From: Octopus vulgaris
Lineage: Eukaryota
Direction: 5' to 3'
Length of the DNA stretch: 64,000 bases
Assembly (NCBI GenBank): GCA_951406725.2
Contig: OX597819.1
Location: 103,540,001 to 103,604,000 of the forward strand
The position numbers were made by a program, and so were the translations under genes. Shown here in pieces: positions 41,982-54,220 of the stretch. The notes beneath the pieces are model-generated. The model was not told the DNA's origin. It made no database searches and saw only the letters and a program-made list of their open reading frames with translations. Numbering within the stretch: the first letter of the stretch is position 1; each line of letters starts with the position of its first letter.

Positions 41982-42200
41982 AGGAGGCGAGCTAGAAGAA
42001 TCGTTAAGCAAGCCGGACAAAATACTTAGCGGTATATCGCCCATCTTAACATTCTGAGTTCAAAAGCCGCCATGGATGACATTGCCTTTCGTCATTCCGG
42101 GGTCGATAAGATAGGTATCAGCTAGATACTGTGGCTGATGTACTCGACTTATCCCCTTCCCGAAATTGCTGGCATTATGCCAAAATTTTAAATCATTATC
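41981..42200 (+). mobile_element. SINE family A
   Basis: ggaggcgagctagaagaatcgttaagc...gaaattgctggc...ccaaaattttaaatcatt. Confidence 0.85.
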
Positions 42201-42204
42201 ATTA

Positions 42205-42830
42205 TTTTGGTTTGGCTCAGGTTCGGTCTTATTCCTTGTAGGATTAATGTGGGTAATGGACTACTACATGTGACCTTAGGTATCCACACGTTTCCGGCAG
42301 TCTTTCAAGTTATAATACTTGCTGTCCCTAAGAGGCAAACTTTCTATAGGAGCTCTACCGGGCCTTCTATTTCAATCTCCTTCAGCCATTTGTCTATCTT
42401 GGCTCACTGTTCCCTACGCACTAATTATTACAGGTACGACATTTACTGTTCGCATATTCCAAGTTCTTCCTATTTCAAATTTTAAGAGATTGTATTTTCT
42501 TTATCTTTCTTCCCTTGTTTTTTTTTTACGATCCTGGAATCAAACGGGCAGAATGGGTCGATAAGTAAGCAACTTCGTTTTTCCTCATCTACAATCGTTA
42601 TATCCGGTCTATTATTTTCTAATTTCTCGTCCGCTTGAATAGTTAAGTCCCACAAAATCTTACATTTCTATTACTCTAGTACTCATTCGACTCGATGATT
42701 GTATAATGTGTTTCCATCTTCAAATCTCCATTTCTGGCACAGATTCCTGTTTACAATTTGGCCGTACCTCCATTTCCTGTGCCAACCTGGGTCATACTGC
42801 CACAATGTGCCAGTCTCGTTCCAAGATCCA
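42205..42830 (-). pseudogene. R4/Dong-like non-LTR retrotransposon 3' end (restriction-like endonuclease domain)
   Basis: Minus-strand KCKILWDLTIQADEKLENNRPDITIVDEEKRSCLLIDPFCPFDSRI and LKFEIGRTWNMRTVNVVPVIISA*GTV carry the PD..D endonuclease motifs. The 3' end abuts a (TAA)-like tract. Confidence 0.85.
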
Positions 42831-42930
42831 CAGATGTTTGACGAATATATTTGATGAGAATATTCAATGAAAATTTTTGATTAAGATATATGAAGGTTTC
42901 TGATGAAAATGTTTGATGGTTATGACCACT

Positions 42931-43105
42931 ATGATCCGGTTTTAACCAGTCTGATCCGGTTTGGTCCAGTCTAAACCAATCTGATCCAGTTTCTGTTGGT
43001 CTGGAATGGTCTGAACCGGTTTCGACCGGGCTGATTCGGTCGGGACCGGTTTGTTCCAGTTTGGATCAGTCGGATCCGTTTCGACTAGTCTGGACCGGCT
43101 TTTTC
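42931..43105. repeat. Degenerate 10-bp minisatellite (consensus about ctggaccggt)
   Basis: Roughly 17 units with 10-bp period, e.g. ctgatccggt ttggtccagt ctaaaccaat ctgatccagt. Confidence 0.75.
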
Positions 43106-43138
43106 GGGCTCGAAATATTTCTAAACCTTGTACAGTAA

Positions 43139-43440
43139 AGGCGCGTGGCTTAGTGGTTACAGTATTCAGCTCACGATCATAAGATCATAAGTTCGATTTT
43201 CAGCATGTGTTGTGTCGTTGAGCAAGACGCTTTATTTCATGTCGCTCAGGTTCACTCAGCTGGCGAAAATGAGTCGTGCATGTGTTTCAAAGGGCCACCC
43301 TTTTCACCTTCTGTGTTATGCTGAATCTCTCTGAGAACTACATTAACATTACACATGTCTGTTGATTGCTTAGTTACTTGCACGTTAACGTTCATAAGGA
43401 GGCTGTTCCGTTTATCGCATCAGCTGGAACCCTTCTCGTC
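43139..43440 (+). mobile_element. tRNA-derived SINE family C
   Basis: A-box tggcttagtgg and B-box agttcgatt; body homologous to the reverse complement of 18258-18580. Confidence 0.8.
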
Positions 43441-44142
43441 ATCAGAGAGAAAATTTATTAGTTTATTAACGACAGTTCTGCTAAAAAGAGACCACGTTTT
43501 GTGTCAGAGAAATCAAAAAATATAACAACCAGCTTTTTTTAGTTAAAAAGTTCCTTTATGGTGTCTGGTAGAGAAATACAAACTGGTATTTCTGTATAAG
43601 GCCAGCATTTGTAGAGAAGTGAACAGTGCAATGTTTTTGTTGTGTTTAACAGAAGGGAATTGATTTTAAAAATAAAAACCACATTTTACTTCATCACACA
43701 CTCAACATTAAAATAAGAAATAAAATATATAAATTTGTGAATTCCCGCAAGTAAAAATATAATTTATGAGAAGTGACAGCTATTTTGAAGAAGCTCTTCG
43801 TCTTGTGTCATCCAAAAAGTGAGATTGTGGCTATAAATGAAAATGAAATATAAGAACATGATTCGCCTTCAAACATATTGTTTGGTATGCCATTAATTAG
43901 CTTCCATCTTAATAAAGCCAAGCATGGAATTTGGGTTAGAATGCTATATTTAACCACATGACACATATGACTTATATCAGACTGTTCGAGAACTATTCGG
44001 CATCTCAACTAAATTTACCATGGATACTTACATAGACACAAATCGTACATTCACTTACTCACTCACGCTCGCACACACAGACACACATCGGTATAAGTAT
44101 ATTTGTGGAGGTGAGTGAATGTGAGTGCATACGTAAGTATAC

Positions 44143-44192
<50 letters not shown>

Positions 44193-44368
44193 CATATATA
44201 TATTTGTATGCATTTAGTGTATATACAATAAACAATGAAGGGACATCGGAGGGACGTATTTCTTAAGTCTTTTATGGAAAGAGAATACTTTTTAACGTTT
44301 CAGAAGTTTATTCTTCAGAAAAAAATAAAACAAAGAGTGAGTTAGGAAGACAGATAAAATGCCTATAT

Positions 44369-44439
<71 letters not shown>

Positions 44440-45406
44440 CCACTTATTTCTTTTTTTTCTAAAATTTTCGTTGCGTGTTTATGTGAGTTTATGTGTGTGA
44501 TTATATGTGTATTGTTGCATGTATATATGCAAGCATGCAAAATGTATAACTGGTTAAATAACTATTTTCTTCACTATGTATACACAGGTTAATCTAAATG
44601 GGTTTTTTCTGTAAATTTAATCCGCCGAAACACAATATAAGCAGTTATACACAATTGTTATACAGTTATACAAATTTCGGGAATATTCTGACTAAATGGA
44701 AACCTAAATTTATTACCGATTAAAGCAAGATTTTTCGTCCACATAAAGTAGCTATTTAAAGCAAACAAAAATTATGCCCGGTTCATAAGATCAGTATAAA
44801 ATATTATTAAAACGTATTAAATATGAGCTACTTTGAAGCTCATAATTAATTGAAATTTATTAATTTCCATAAAGTTTTGTGTGTTTGTATTTCACAAATA
44901 GGAAAAATTTTATATCGGAGTTAATATCTCCCACTCCTGCAAAACCAGTAGTTATTTTTCCTGGTGCGCTAGTGTTCCTTGTAGTGTCATGATCTCCTAA
45001 GGGGTGACAGATATCATGAGGGGAGCGCTGGGTGTGTAAAGGTTTCATGATTTTTCTAAGAAAATAAGATATTCAAAACAGGAACAATATTTATAATTTA
45101 AATGTTTTCAAAAAGAAATCCCAGTTGGGATAAGATTATGAATAGTACAATGTGTTATTAGTGGCCAGGAAGCATTAGAAGTAATGTGCCTGTTTCGAGT
45201 TTAGTTTCGTTGCATGTATATCTCATTCTTTAATAATTTCTTTAAAAAATAAATAAATAAATAAATAGCAGACAGATATCTATAAAAAGTGATTCGTTGG
45301 ATGGGATAAAATTAGGAAATTTGAATTCAAACCCACTGAGTACAATTATCTTCTGTTTCATGAATTTAGTTTTCTTTTCATTCCAAAACATGGCATGCAA
45401 AAGTTT

Positions 45407-45455
45407 ATACCCGCCTGTCACGCGGGAGACCGGGGTTCGATTCCCCGCCAGGGAA
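45407..45455 (+). pseudogene. 5'-truncated tRNA-Asp(GTC) copy
   Basis: cccgcctGTCacgcgggagaccggggttcgattccccg matches the conserved eukaryotic tRNA-Asp anticodon and T arms. The D-arm and 5' acceptor strand are missing. Confidence 0.85.
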
Positions 45456-45472
45456 GTAAAAATTTTAAAAAA

Positions 45473-45708
45473 GGGCGGCAAACTGGGAGAAACGTTAGCA
45501 CGCAGGGCGAAATATTTAGCGGTATTTTGTGTGCCGTTACGTTCTGACTTCAAATTCCGCCGAGGTCGACTTTACCGTTCATCCTTTCGGGGTCGATAAA
45601 CTAAGTGCCAGTGACGTACTGGAGTCGATGTAATCGACTTAATCTCTTTGTCTGTCCTTGTTTATCCCCTCTATGTTTAGCCCCTTGTGTGCAATAAAGA
45701 AATGAGTA
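45473..45708 (+). mobile_element. SINE family A, co-inserted with the tRNA-Asp fragment
   Basis: Family A sequence; the 12-bp TSD atgcaaaagttt at 45395-45406 and 45709-45720 encloses both tRNA fragment and SINE. Confidence 0.9.
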
Positions 45709-46347
45709 ATGCAAAAGTTTGAGCACCAAATGAATTATGAGGGTAGAAATCAATATGAAATGAAGAGCATGACATTCAGGAGACTTATGGACATTGTTAA
45801 ATAAAGGAACTAAATGAGCTTCAATTTCACCCTTTAGTTCCTCATTTACCTACAAAGAGATAAAAATTAAGGAAATATTTTCCTTTCAAATAAAAACATA
45901 ATGACATCATAACAGTAACGTATCAAAGAATAAGAAATGTATCAATATGGAAAAAAAGATGAAAGCAAAAAAAAAAGAAGAGAGAAGTAAATGACATATA
46001 GATTGTATGAGATCCAGTGAGTATAAAATAAAAGCAAAATTATAAACACAACAAAACAGAGTCAAATATATTATACACTAAATATCCAGCCGCAGAAAAT
46101 TGCTAACTGAAAATATATAGTATTACTAAGTGATTGAGAGATTGGGAATTAGATCCTTACATGACCATTTCCCAAAGCATTTGAACTCGTCAGGGGCTTC
46201 TCGTTCGATAAGCTAGTCTCAAAACTAGGAGAGAGGGATTGATCATTTGAAAGGATGTCCAGTGTTTTCTGACAAGAAACCTACACGAAAAATACAGAAC
46301 GAGTAGATTTGTCTCAATCACAAGTAAACACACACACATACACACAC

Positions 46348-46419
<72 letters not shown>

Positions 46420-47329
46420 CATATATCTGTATGTATGTGTAAATGTGTGTGTCTTCACACACACACACACACACAATATATATATATATATATTTATATA
46501 CATATATATGTATGTGTATGTGTGTGTGTGTGAAGACACTTGAACGCATTCTCTTACAAGCTGCTCTTTCCCATGGAAAGTCAGAACAACTTGACTGACA
46601 TGATATAACTGATAGTTATCACACCTGGAAGATCTCTCATCTATTTGGCATTTCGTTACTAAGAAGGTAAACATGTCACACTAAAAGTTGATGCAGTAAC
46701 TCAATGATGTCGACGTGTTGCGGGAGACGCAGAGGTAGGCGAAAAATCTGCTAAATAGTGAACTGACCGGGCATCGAAACGACAGATCGCTGCAATACAA
46801 CCTTCAGATTGATTGATTGATTGATTTCTCTTGTTCAGCTGATAAACATCTCCCGCTCGGCCTTCTTGGAGAAGCCGCCAACCCTTCCAAATATGGTGAT
46901 GGAACTGACAGTTGAGACGATGCATTGGTTTTGATGCCATGTTCACAGTAAAGTGAATTTCTTGCATCATGATTTGTAGAATCATGGGAATCTAAGGCTA
47001 CGAGTAGCAGTGATGTTAAACCTTTTTCAAAGTGTGCACATCTCAACACAGACGCTAAAAGTAAGTGGATCTACGGCGTTTTCGATGACGACTATTCAAA
47101 TGATAAATCAACTGAACTAATTATTCATTAAATTACAAAGAGAGTTTATAATTTAGCCGCGATTTAACAAAATCGGATGAAAGAATAATGCGGCTGGAAG
47201 AAATGACTTGAAAATTACAAGTAGTATGGAAAATATATGATTATGAACTATGCAAACCTCCTGATGTAGGAGAACCTCCAAAGAGAGGCCATCAAAGTAC
47301 CCTACAGATCTACCCTTACCAATAAGTGT

Positions 47330-47905
47330 ATAACCACATACTTAGTATAGCTCCATTCACGTTAACCATTCTTACTATGGTTACCCAGCTTTTACTTAAT
47401 TCACTGGAAGGTGAACTTTCCCCCTCCGTCTTCGATTTGACCAAGAGGGATTTGACCAAGATGTCTGTCATCAAGCATTTCAGATTCATATATCGTACGA
47501 CAGCCTCTTTCGCTTTAGCCATTAGAGAATGTGCGAGTGAGTGACAGAGAGAAAGATACAGACAGTGACAGAGAGGGGAAATTGCCTATCCAGGCCTATT
47601 AAAGTTGGACGGTGTGAGAAAATTTTCAATAAATTCTGCTGATAGTAACAACTGTTCGACATAAATCCACATATACTCAATGCTCGGACATTACTTGAGT
47701 GCGTGGAGCACGGTTTCCTTACTCTGCGCATATCTCGGAGAATCCTGTCTGATTGCACTTCCGAGTTTATGTCGAAATTGTAGTGCACCACAAAAGCACT
47801 GCCAAGCTAAGAATTTTCGAACGCTATCCGTATTAGTTCTCCACTACAAAACAAGCATTTTATCCTTCTCGAGCCTAGGTTTTCCACGAGGAGTTAACCA
47901 TCCTT
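47330..47905 (-). pseudogene. L1/Tx1-like LINE ORF2 C-terminal remnant (zinc-knuckle region)
   Basis: Minus-strand KFLAWQCFCGALQFRHKL...PRYAQSKETVLHALK*CPSIEYMWIYVEQLL contains the ETxxH..C CCHC motif, followed by AKEAV...SKSWVTIVRM. Confidence 0.7.
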
Positions 47906-48743
47906 AGTCCACTAACTATTGTTGCCACAAATAGTGATACTGGAAAATAAAAAGATCATTGAAAGAGTAGTTATGGTAATAAATAAATAAAAACCATTAG
48001 TATGATGTTAACGTAAAGGAAACAGTTGCGCTCTTCGCTAATGGTCATGTAATATATAGGCGTATTTTTTCTCACCGAATATTTCATATTTATTTAAGGT
48101 CAACACTGTGTCTCATACGTACTGGGTTCCAGCGATCTTGTTCAACCGAATAAATCCCATTCTTTAGAAATTTGTGGTATTCTAACAATATCAAAAATTA
48201 ATACTGTATTTTGTGTTCCTCTTAGCATGGGTGTATTATACTCAATGGGATTCTTTTCCAATCTACATTAATGTAATTAATAATTACTATCGGCTATAAT
48301 TGCACTGGATCTAAGTAACAATATAATAGTTTATTTTATGAATACATATGTGTATATATATGTACACATATCTATATGTGTATGTGTGTGTGAATTGAAA
48401 TGTTTGCATTTGTTTCTGTCTGTAGACTAAGTTAAGAGTCGCGTTTCGATTCTATTTAGCGAGATTTTTCCTACCGTTGACCGGACATAGATGTTGCACG
48501 GGGGTTTTATATTCTTGAATGACTCTTGATCTAAAAAACTGCTCAGCATTTGTTATCGTTTCTGTTAATCTTATTATTGTTATTTGATTCGCCGTTTCTT
48601 CTCTTTTTTTTTCTGCATTAACGACGGTGACAAGGACATCGTCCACATTAAAAACAACTGCCAAATGAAAGCAGTAAGACAATATCAACAAAGTAATAGC
48701 TATCGATAAAATTAGCTATTTTATCGATAGCTAATTTTATCGA

Positions 48744-49160
48744 TCTCTTATTATAAAAGGCAGATTTTATCTGCCTCCCTTTGGGAGTTATACAAATCTA
48801 CAATATAGGATTTCTTCAATTACAATTTACCTAGCATTTTTGAGAGTACAATGCATCGCGTCATGCCAGGTCCAGTTTTTAAAATTTAAACTCCAATTAA
48901 GCAAAATTTACAGAAAACTCACATTCTGGTGTGTGTGTCAAATGCTTTTCTTAGTCTGGTTTACACCACACGCAAACGCACACACACAGTGGGCAACGAA
49001 TAAAATGAAAGTAAATAGCGACAGAGAGATTTGAGGAAGACTAAAGTGAAAGTATTCTGTCTATGACGCTGATAGATACATGAGTAAAATGTATGGGAAG
49101 CTAAGAGCTAAGAGTGAGTGAAAATGTTCTTGGAAGAGAGTAATTAGTAATAAAGTAAAC
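48744..49160 (+). mobile_element. Probable Helitron-like 5' fragment
   Basis: Starts A|TCtcttattataaaag, the TC plus AT-rich start typical of Helitrons. No CTRR end was found. Confidence 0.3.
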
Positions 49161-49206
49161 ATACACTCATACATACATGCATACATACATACATACATAC
49201 ATACAT

Positions 49207-49239
<33 letters not shown>

Positions 49240-49461
49240 TACACACACACATACATACACACACATACATACATACACACATACATACATACATACATAT
49301 ACATACATACATACATATACATACATACATACACACACACACATACACACACACACAGTATTGAAGCTTGAGAACAATCAGATACATTTGCAACACATCT
49401 GTTGAAAATATTATTGTTCACACACATACATATACATATATACATACAGACAGACAGACAG

Positions 49462-49508
<47 letters not shown>

Positions 49509-49569
49509 ATCCAGCATGGCCACAACCTCAAGGCTGAAACATATAAAAGAATAACAGAATATAAATGTG

Positions 49570-49928
49570 TGCAAAGTACAAGAAATATTAATGCAGTATA
49601 TGGGGATTGGACAATAAGCGTAAGGCAGTGTCAATGGTGGTTCCAGAAATCCCGAGCCATAAACTACAGCCTAGAAGACGAGCCTCATCCTGAAAGATCT
49701 GTAGAACTCGACAAGGACATCCTGAAAACCCTGGTGGAACAAAATATCATCGTAACTGTTGAGGAACTAGCAGAGAAGCTTGGATTTGGTCATTCAACCA
49801 TTCATTGACACCTGTGTGCTATCGGAAAAGTCAGCAAATTGGGTCAATGGGTTCCTCACGAACTTTCCGAGTCTAATTGCATGCAGAGAGTGAATGTATG
49901 CTTTTCTTTGCTGTCATATCTCACCACT
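49570..49928 (+). pseudogene. Mariner transposase remnant (cecropia/Hsmar1-like)
   Basis: STRNINAVYGDWTISVRQCQWWFQK...LEDEPHPERS...TVEELAEKLGFGHSTIH*HLCAIGKVSKLGQWVPHELSESN contains the WVPHEL motif. Confidence 0.9.
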
Positions 49929-49943
49929 ACTGCGCTATGTATA

Positions 49944-50580
49944 TCTATATATATAAAACTGTAGTTGTGTGAGTGTCTGTCCCCTTCGATTTAGATTCCT
50001 AACTACTCCCACATTTTGCGGTACAGTTTAACCAAATTCGGGTAGCTTATAGTCGTGATTCATATCGAGCCCGTCTGAATATTAGCGCGCGTCTATGATG
50101 AGTCTACGATTTTAAAAATAATTTAACATCATTTTTTATTCCATTTTAATGCATAATTTTTCGTGTGTCGATGGCGGCGGAGTTGGCGTCCACGCTCACA
50201 CCTGCACCTGTGGGGAAGGGAGTGTAAGGAAATCAACGTCGTAATGCGTTGTCAAGGAGACCAGTGTTCTTTTAGAACAACGACTTCATGGCTTGAAGAC
50301 ACCAAAACAGAAATGGCTAAGAAAGCGTCTACATGAGTCTACGATTTAAAAAAAAACTTACCATCGTTTTTTTCCCATTTTAATGCATTTTTTCGCTATT
50401 ATATAAGGGAAGTAACTCTCTAAAAATGTCTACGATGAGTCAACGATTTAAAAAAAAATTTACCATCATATTTTTTCCATTTTTAATGCATTTTTTGCTA
50501 TTTTTTGGCTATAACTCTCTAAAAATGCTTATATAGTTATTTCCCTTACAAACCCGAGCAACGCCGGGCGATACTGCTAG
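49944..50580 (+). mobile_element. Complete non-autonomous Helitron
   Basis: 5' TC and 3' CTAG, inserted between A and T with no TSD; subterminal GC hairpin cccgagcaacgccggg; three internal gagtctacgatttaaaaaa repeats; a second 3' end lies at 33282. Confidence 0.9.
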
Positions 50581-50602
50581 TAATATATAAAACTGTAAAA
50601 TA

Positions 50603-50951
50603 ATATTTCATTCTCCGATTTGAAGAAACAATTTTTAAATACAAACAAATGACTGAAAAATGTTGAACTATTCCCAACCGGAATCGAACCCACAAATCAA
50701 CGCTAACACGGCTCCTTGTGCATCCGATTGGACCAAGCGCTCACCCATCCATTTCAGCCAAATTTAATTAATATATATTTAAGCTGTCTAATACTATATA
50801 TAATATTTGTAAACAAACGCGAAAGGCTTTGTAAAATACAGAGAGAAAACTACTATGAAAGACTGTATAATAATAACTGTATAATATATCATATTTCATT
50901 CCCCGATTTGAAGCGACAATTTTTAAATACAAACAAATGACTGAAAAAATG
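50603..50951 (-). mobile_element. tRNA-like element with terminal direct repeats (unit about 288 bp)
   Basis: Direct repeats of about 60 bp at 50603-50662 and 50891-50951; on the minus strand an A-box-like tggtccaatcgg, B-box ggttcgattcc and a T5 run. Confidence 0.5.
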
Positions 50952-51795
50952 ATGAGGCCATAAGTCTGATCAGCAAGAGGTGGTAGTAAGAGAGGTAATA
51001 GCAATTGTAGTAGCAGTAGTAATACTACTGGGAATGGTCGTGATTTTATGGATCTCTTCATACAACTAACATGATCTCAGTAGAGGTCGTGTTGGTGGAA
51101 TGATGATGACTGTGGTTGTATTTATGGCAATGGAATGGTGGTAGTAGTGAGGGCGCTTGAGAAGACCGTGGTATGATGGTCTTTAGAAAGGCCTTGATGA
51201 TAGCGGTGTTGAGATGGAAGGGATCCTGTTTGTGATAATGCTTGTTCTTTAGGGTATAGTGATGGCAATATCGGTGTTGGTGATGGTGTTGGTACGATTG
51301 CGTGTTATTGCGGTGACAGTGGTGGTGGTGCTGCTGCTGATGATGAAGATGATGACGATGGTGATGATGATCATCATCATCATCATCAACATCATCATCA
51401 TGATGGTGACGACGACGACGATGGTAGTGGTGGTGGGGAAACATCAGGTCATTTTATGGCAGTAACCTACAGGCGACATCAAATCCAGAGTTAACTTTCT
51501 TTTTCCTTTTTTTAATAATGGAATCACCTCATTTTGTTTCTCTTCTTCTAGTATTCCCCGCCCTATATCTCACTACCACTCCCTTTACCCACCACTATAC
51601 AATGACCTGTCTAACTGGTGTCATCAGAGATTGAACCCTTAGATCTTTACAGTCATATCGTTAACCGCGTACTGCTGCAGGTCATTGGACTTCTAATCTG
51701 TGTCGAGCACTCGCGTTTCCTCATTCCTCTGCTTCATCCTCTACCTCCTTCTCCTATTCCTCCACTATTACCTTCTCCATTTTCCTTCTCCTTTT

Positions 51796-51860
<65 letters not shown>

Positions 51861-52112
51861 ATGCTCTTTTTCTTCATTGCGAATTTTTTAACCCCTTCTA
51901 CTTCATCAGATTTTATTGTCGCTGTACTCATGATAATAATTACGCCCATTTCTTTATTCTTCTAGATATTATTTCCCTGGCCACCGTTCCGGCCTCCCGT
52001 ATATGTTTCGATCTCGCATTCTAAATACCTCCATACTTATTGTCACTCTACCACTTTCCCTATTTCATCTCCACTTCCATTTCTAGTACAGATAGCACTG
52101 CCTCCCTTTTTT

Positions 52113-52113
<1 letters not shown>

Positions 52114-52157
<44 letters not shown>

Positions 52158-52160
52158 ATA

Positions 52161-52201
<41 letters not shown>

Positions 52202-52560
52202 CCGTCCGTCTGTCCGTCTGTCTGTCTGTCCGTCTGTCTGTCCGTCCGTCTGTCCGTCTGTCTGTCTGTCCGTCTGTCTGTCCGTCCTGTCTGTCCGTCT
52301 GTCCGTCCGTCTGTCTGTCCGTCTGTCTGTCCGTCTGTCTGTCCGTCTGTCTGTCCGTCCGTCTGTCCGTCTGTCTGTCCGTCTGTCTGTCCGTCCGTCT
52401 GTCCGTCTGTCTGTCCGTCCGTCCGTCCGTCCGTCCGCCCGTCCGTCCGTCCGTCCGTCCGTCTGTCCGTCTGTCCGTCCGTCTGTCCGTCTGTCCGTCT
52501 GTCTATCTATCTGTCTATCTATCTATTTATCGATCGATCGATCGATATATCTATCTATCT
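52114..52560. repeat. Compound (CTAT)/(CTGT)/(CCGT)n tetranucleotide array
   Basis: Directly visible; it explains the CPSV-repeat ORF. Confidence 0.95.
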
Positions 52561-53866
52561 ATCAGTTTGTCTACATCCCTACAAATATATATATATATCT
52601 GACTAGCTATCTATGTGTCTCCCTATCTGTCTGTCAATTTGTTTCCATATCGATGTATCTTCTTCCTATTTGTCTATGTAATTGCGGTTAGGTTTGTGTG
52701 AGTGATTGAGTAATTATTCATCTAGTTATCCATTGACCTATCTATAACTTTCTCTGCGCCACTTTGAACAAGTACAGAAAATCTCTGTAATATACCCATT
52801 GTGAAACAAACACACATTTTCACACATATATGTATATACATTTGATCATTCAGTGGTTTACATTTATACTGAAATATACTGATATAAACGCAAACCCAAA
52901 ATCATAGATACACACGCGTACACAGAAAATATCCTTCGGTGGTTATCAACATCAATACCAATACGGTGCTTAAGCCTTGACCCCGTTGCTTTTTCCATCT
53001 TCACAAAGATTATATTCCCTTTCATTTTCTGATGAAGCAATTTCTCTTCATTAATTATAACAAGATTCTTTGCAATCAACACTTTTTGTAATTATAATTT
53101 CTACGGAGATTTTCCTTATTGATTTACAGATGCTTCATTTATCCAGTGGGTGATTAATAAATCCACTGAGTGCTCACAAGAAAATTAGGAGTGTATTTCT
53201 TAATGGACATGAAGCGTGGACAATACATGCACTGTATGTGGTTAATCGTACTCAGATAATAAAAACAGGGTTCCGATGATCATTTTTTAATAGCACATCA
53301 AAGAATAAAAGACAAGAAATCGCCCCATCCCGAGGCAACCTAGGAAAACATTGTGCAATTTAAAGAAGTTTGAATCAAACTTATTTACAATATCGTTGCA
53401 GTTAAGGCAACACTTTGTGATTGTTTATATTCTCATCATTGTTTCTGCATGATGTCACAATACAGTTTGTCCTACAGATATTCCTGTGTTGCATAAGAAT
53501 CAGCTAGTATGAATTAACTTAATTTCAAGAAATAAGGTCTCACAGATTATCGTGATATTGCTATGTTGAATTATGGTTAGATTAGAATACATGTATGCAT
53601 GTATGTGTGTATGTATGTACGTATGTAAATATGTGTGTATGTATGCATGCATGAGTATATATGTGTACGTACGTACGTACATATGTATTTATGTATATAC
53701 GAGAGTTCCCAGGCTGGAAGCACGAGCGAGCCCGTATTCCACTTCTTCAAGATGTTGCCTAGCTTGGCAGAAGTGCAGTCGCTAAGGTATACATATATAT
53801 ATATATATACATTGCATTACAACTCACAACGTGGGGATAATCGAAATTCTCCTCTTCCCTTCTTGT

Positions 53867-53983
<117 letters not shown>

Positions 53984-54220
53984 GATACATACATACATAC
54001 ATACATACATACATACATACATACATACAAACATACATACAAACATACATACATACATACATACATACATACATACATACCTACACACACACATACATGA
54101 CAGAAGTAAATAGATACACAACATAAAACATTGTTTTATGTTTATTCCGACTTGTAAAGGTTTATATTTTTTATTAATTGAAATTTCTATGTTTTATGTT
54201 CTACATGAGACTATTTAATC

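Noticed and set aside
40878-42200. Regularly spaced repeats suggestive of a CRISPR array
   Set aside because: The units are 200-350 bp diverged SINEs separated by microsatellites, in a eukaryotic context with no cas genes.
45407-45455. Functional tRNA-Asp gene
   Set aside because: The 5' acceptor strand, D-arm and A-box are absent, and the sequence lies inside a TSD-flanked insertion.
52864-53480. Possible RT remnant (DGAISCLLFFDVLLKMI, minus strand)
   Set aside because: Only a faint resemblance to the QGDxLSxLLF motif; too degraded to call.
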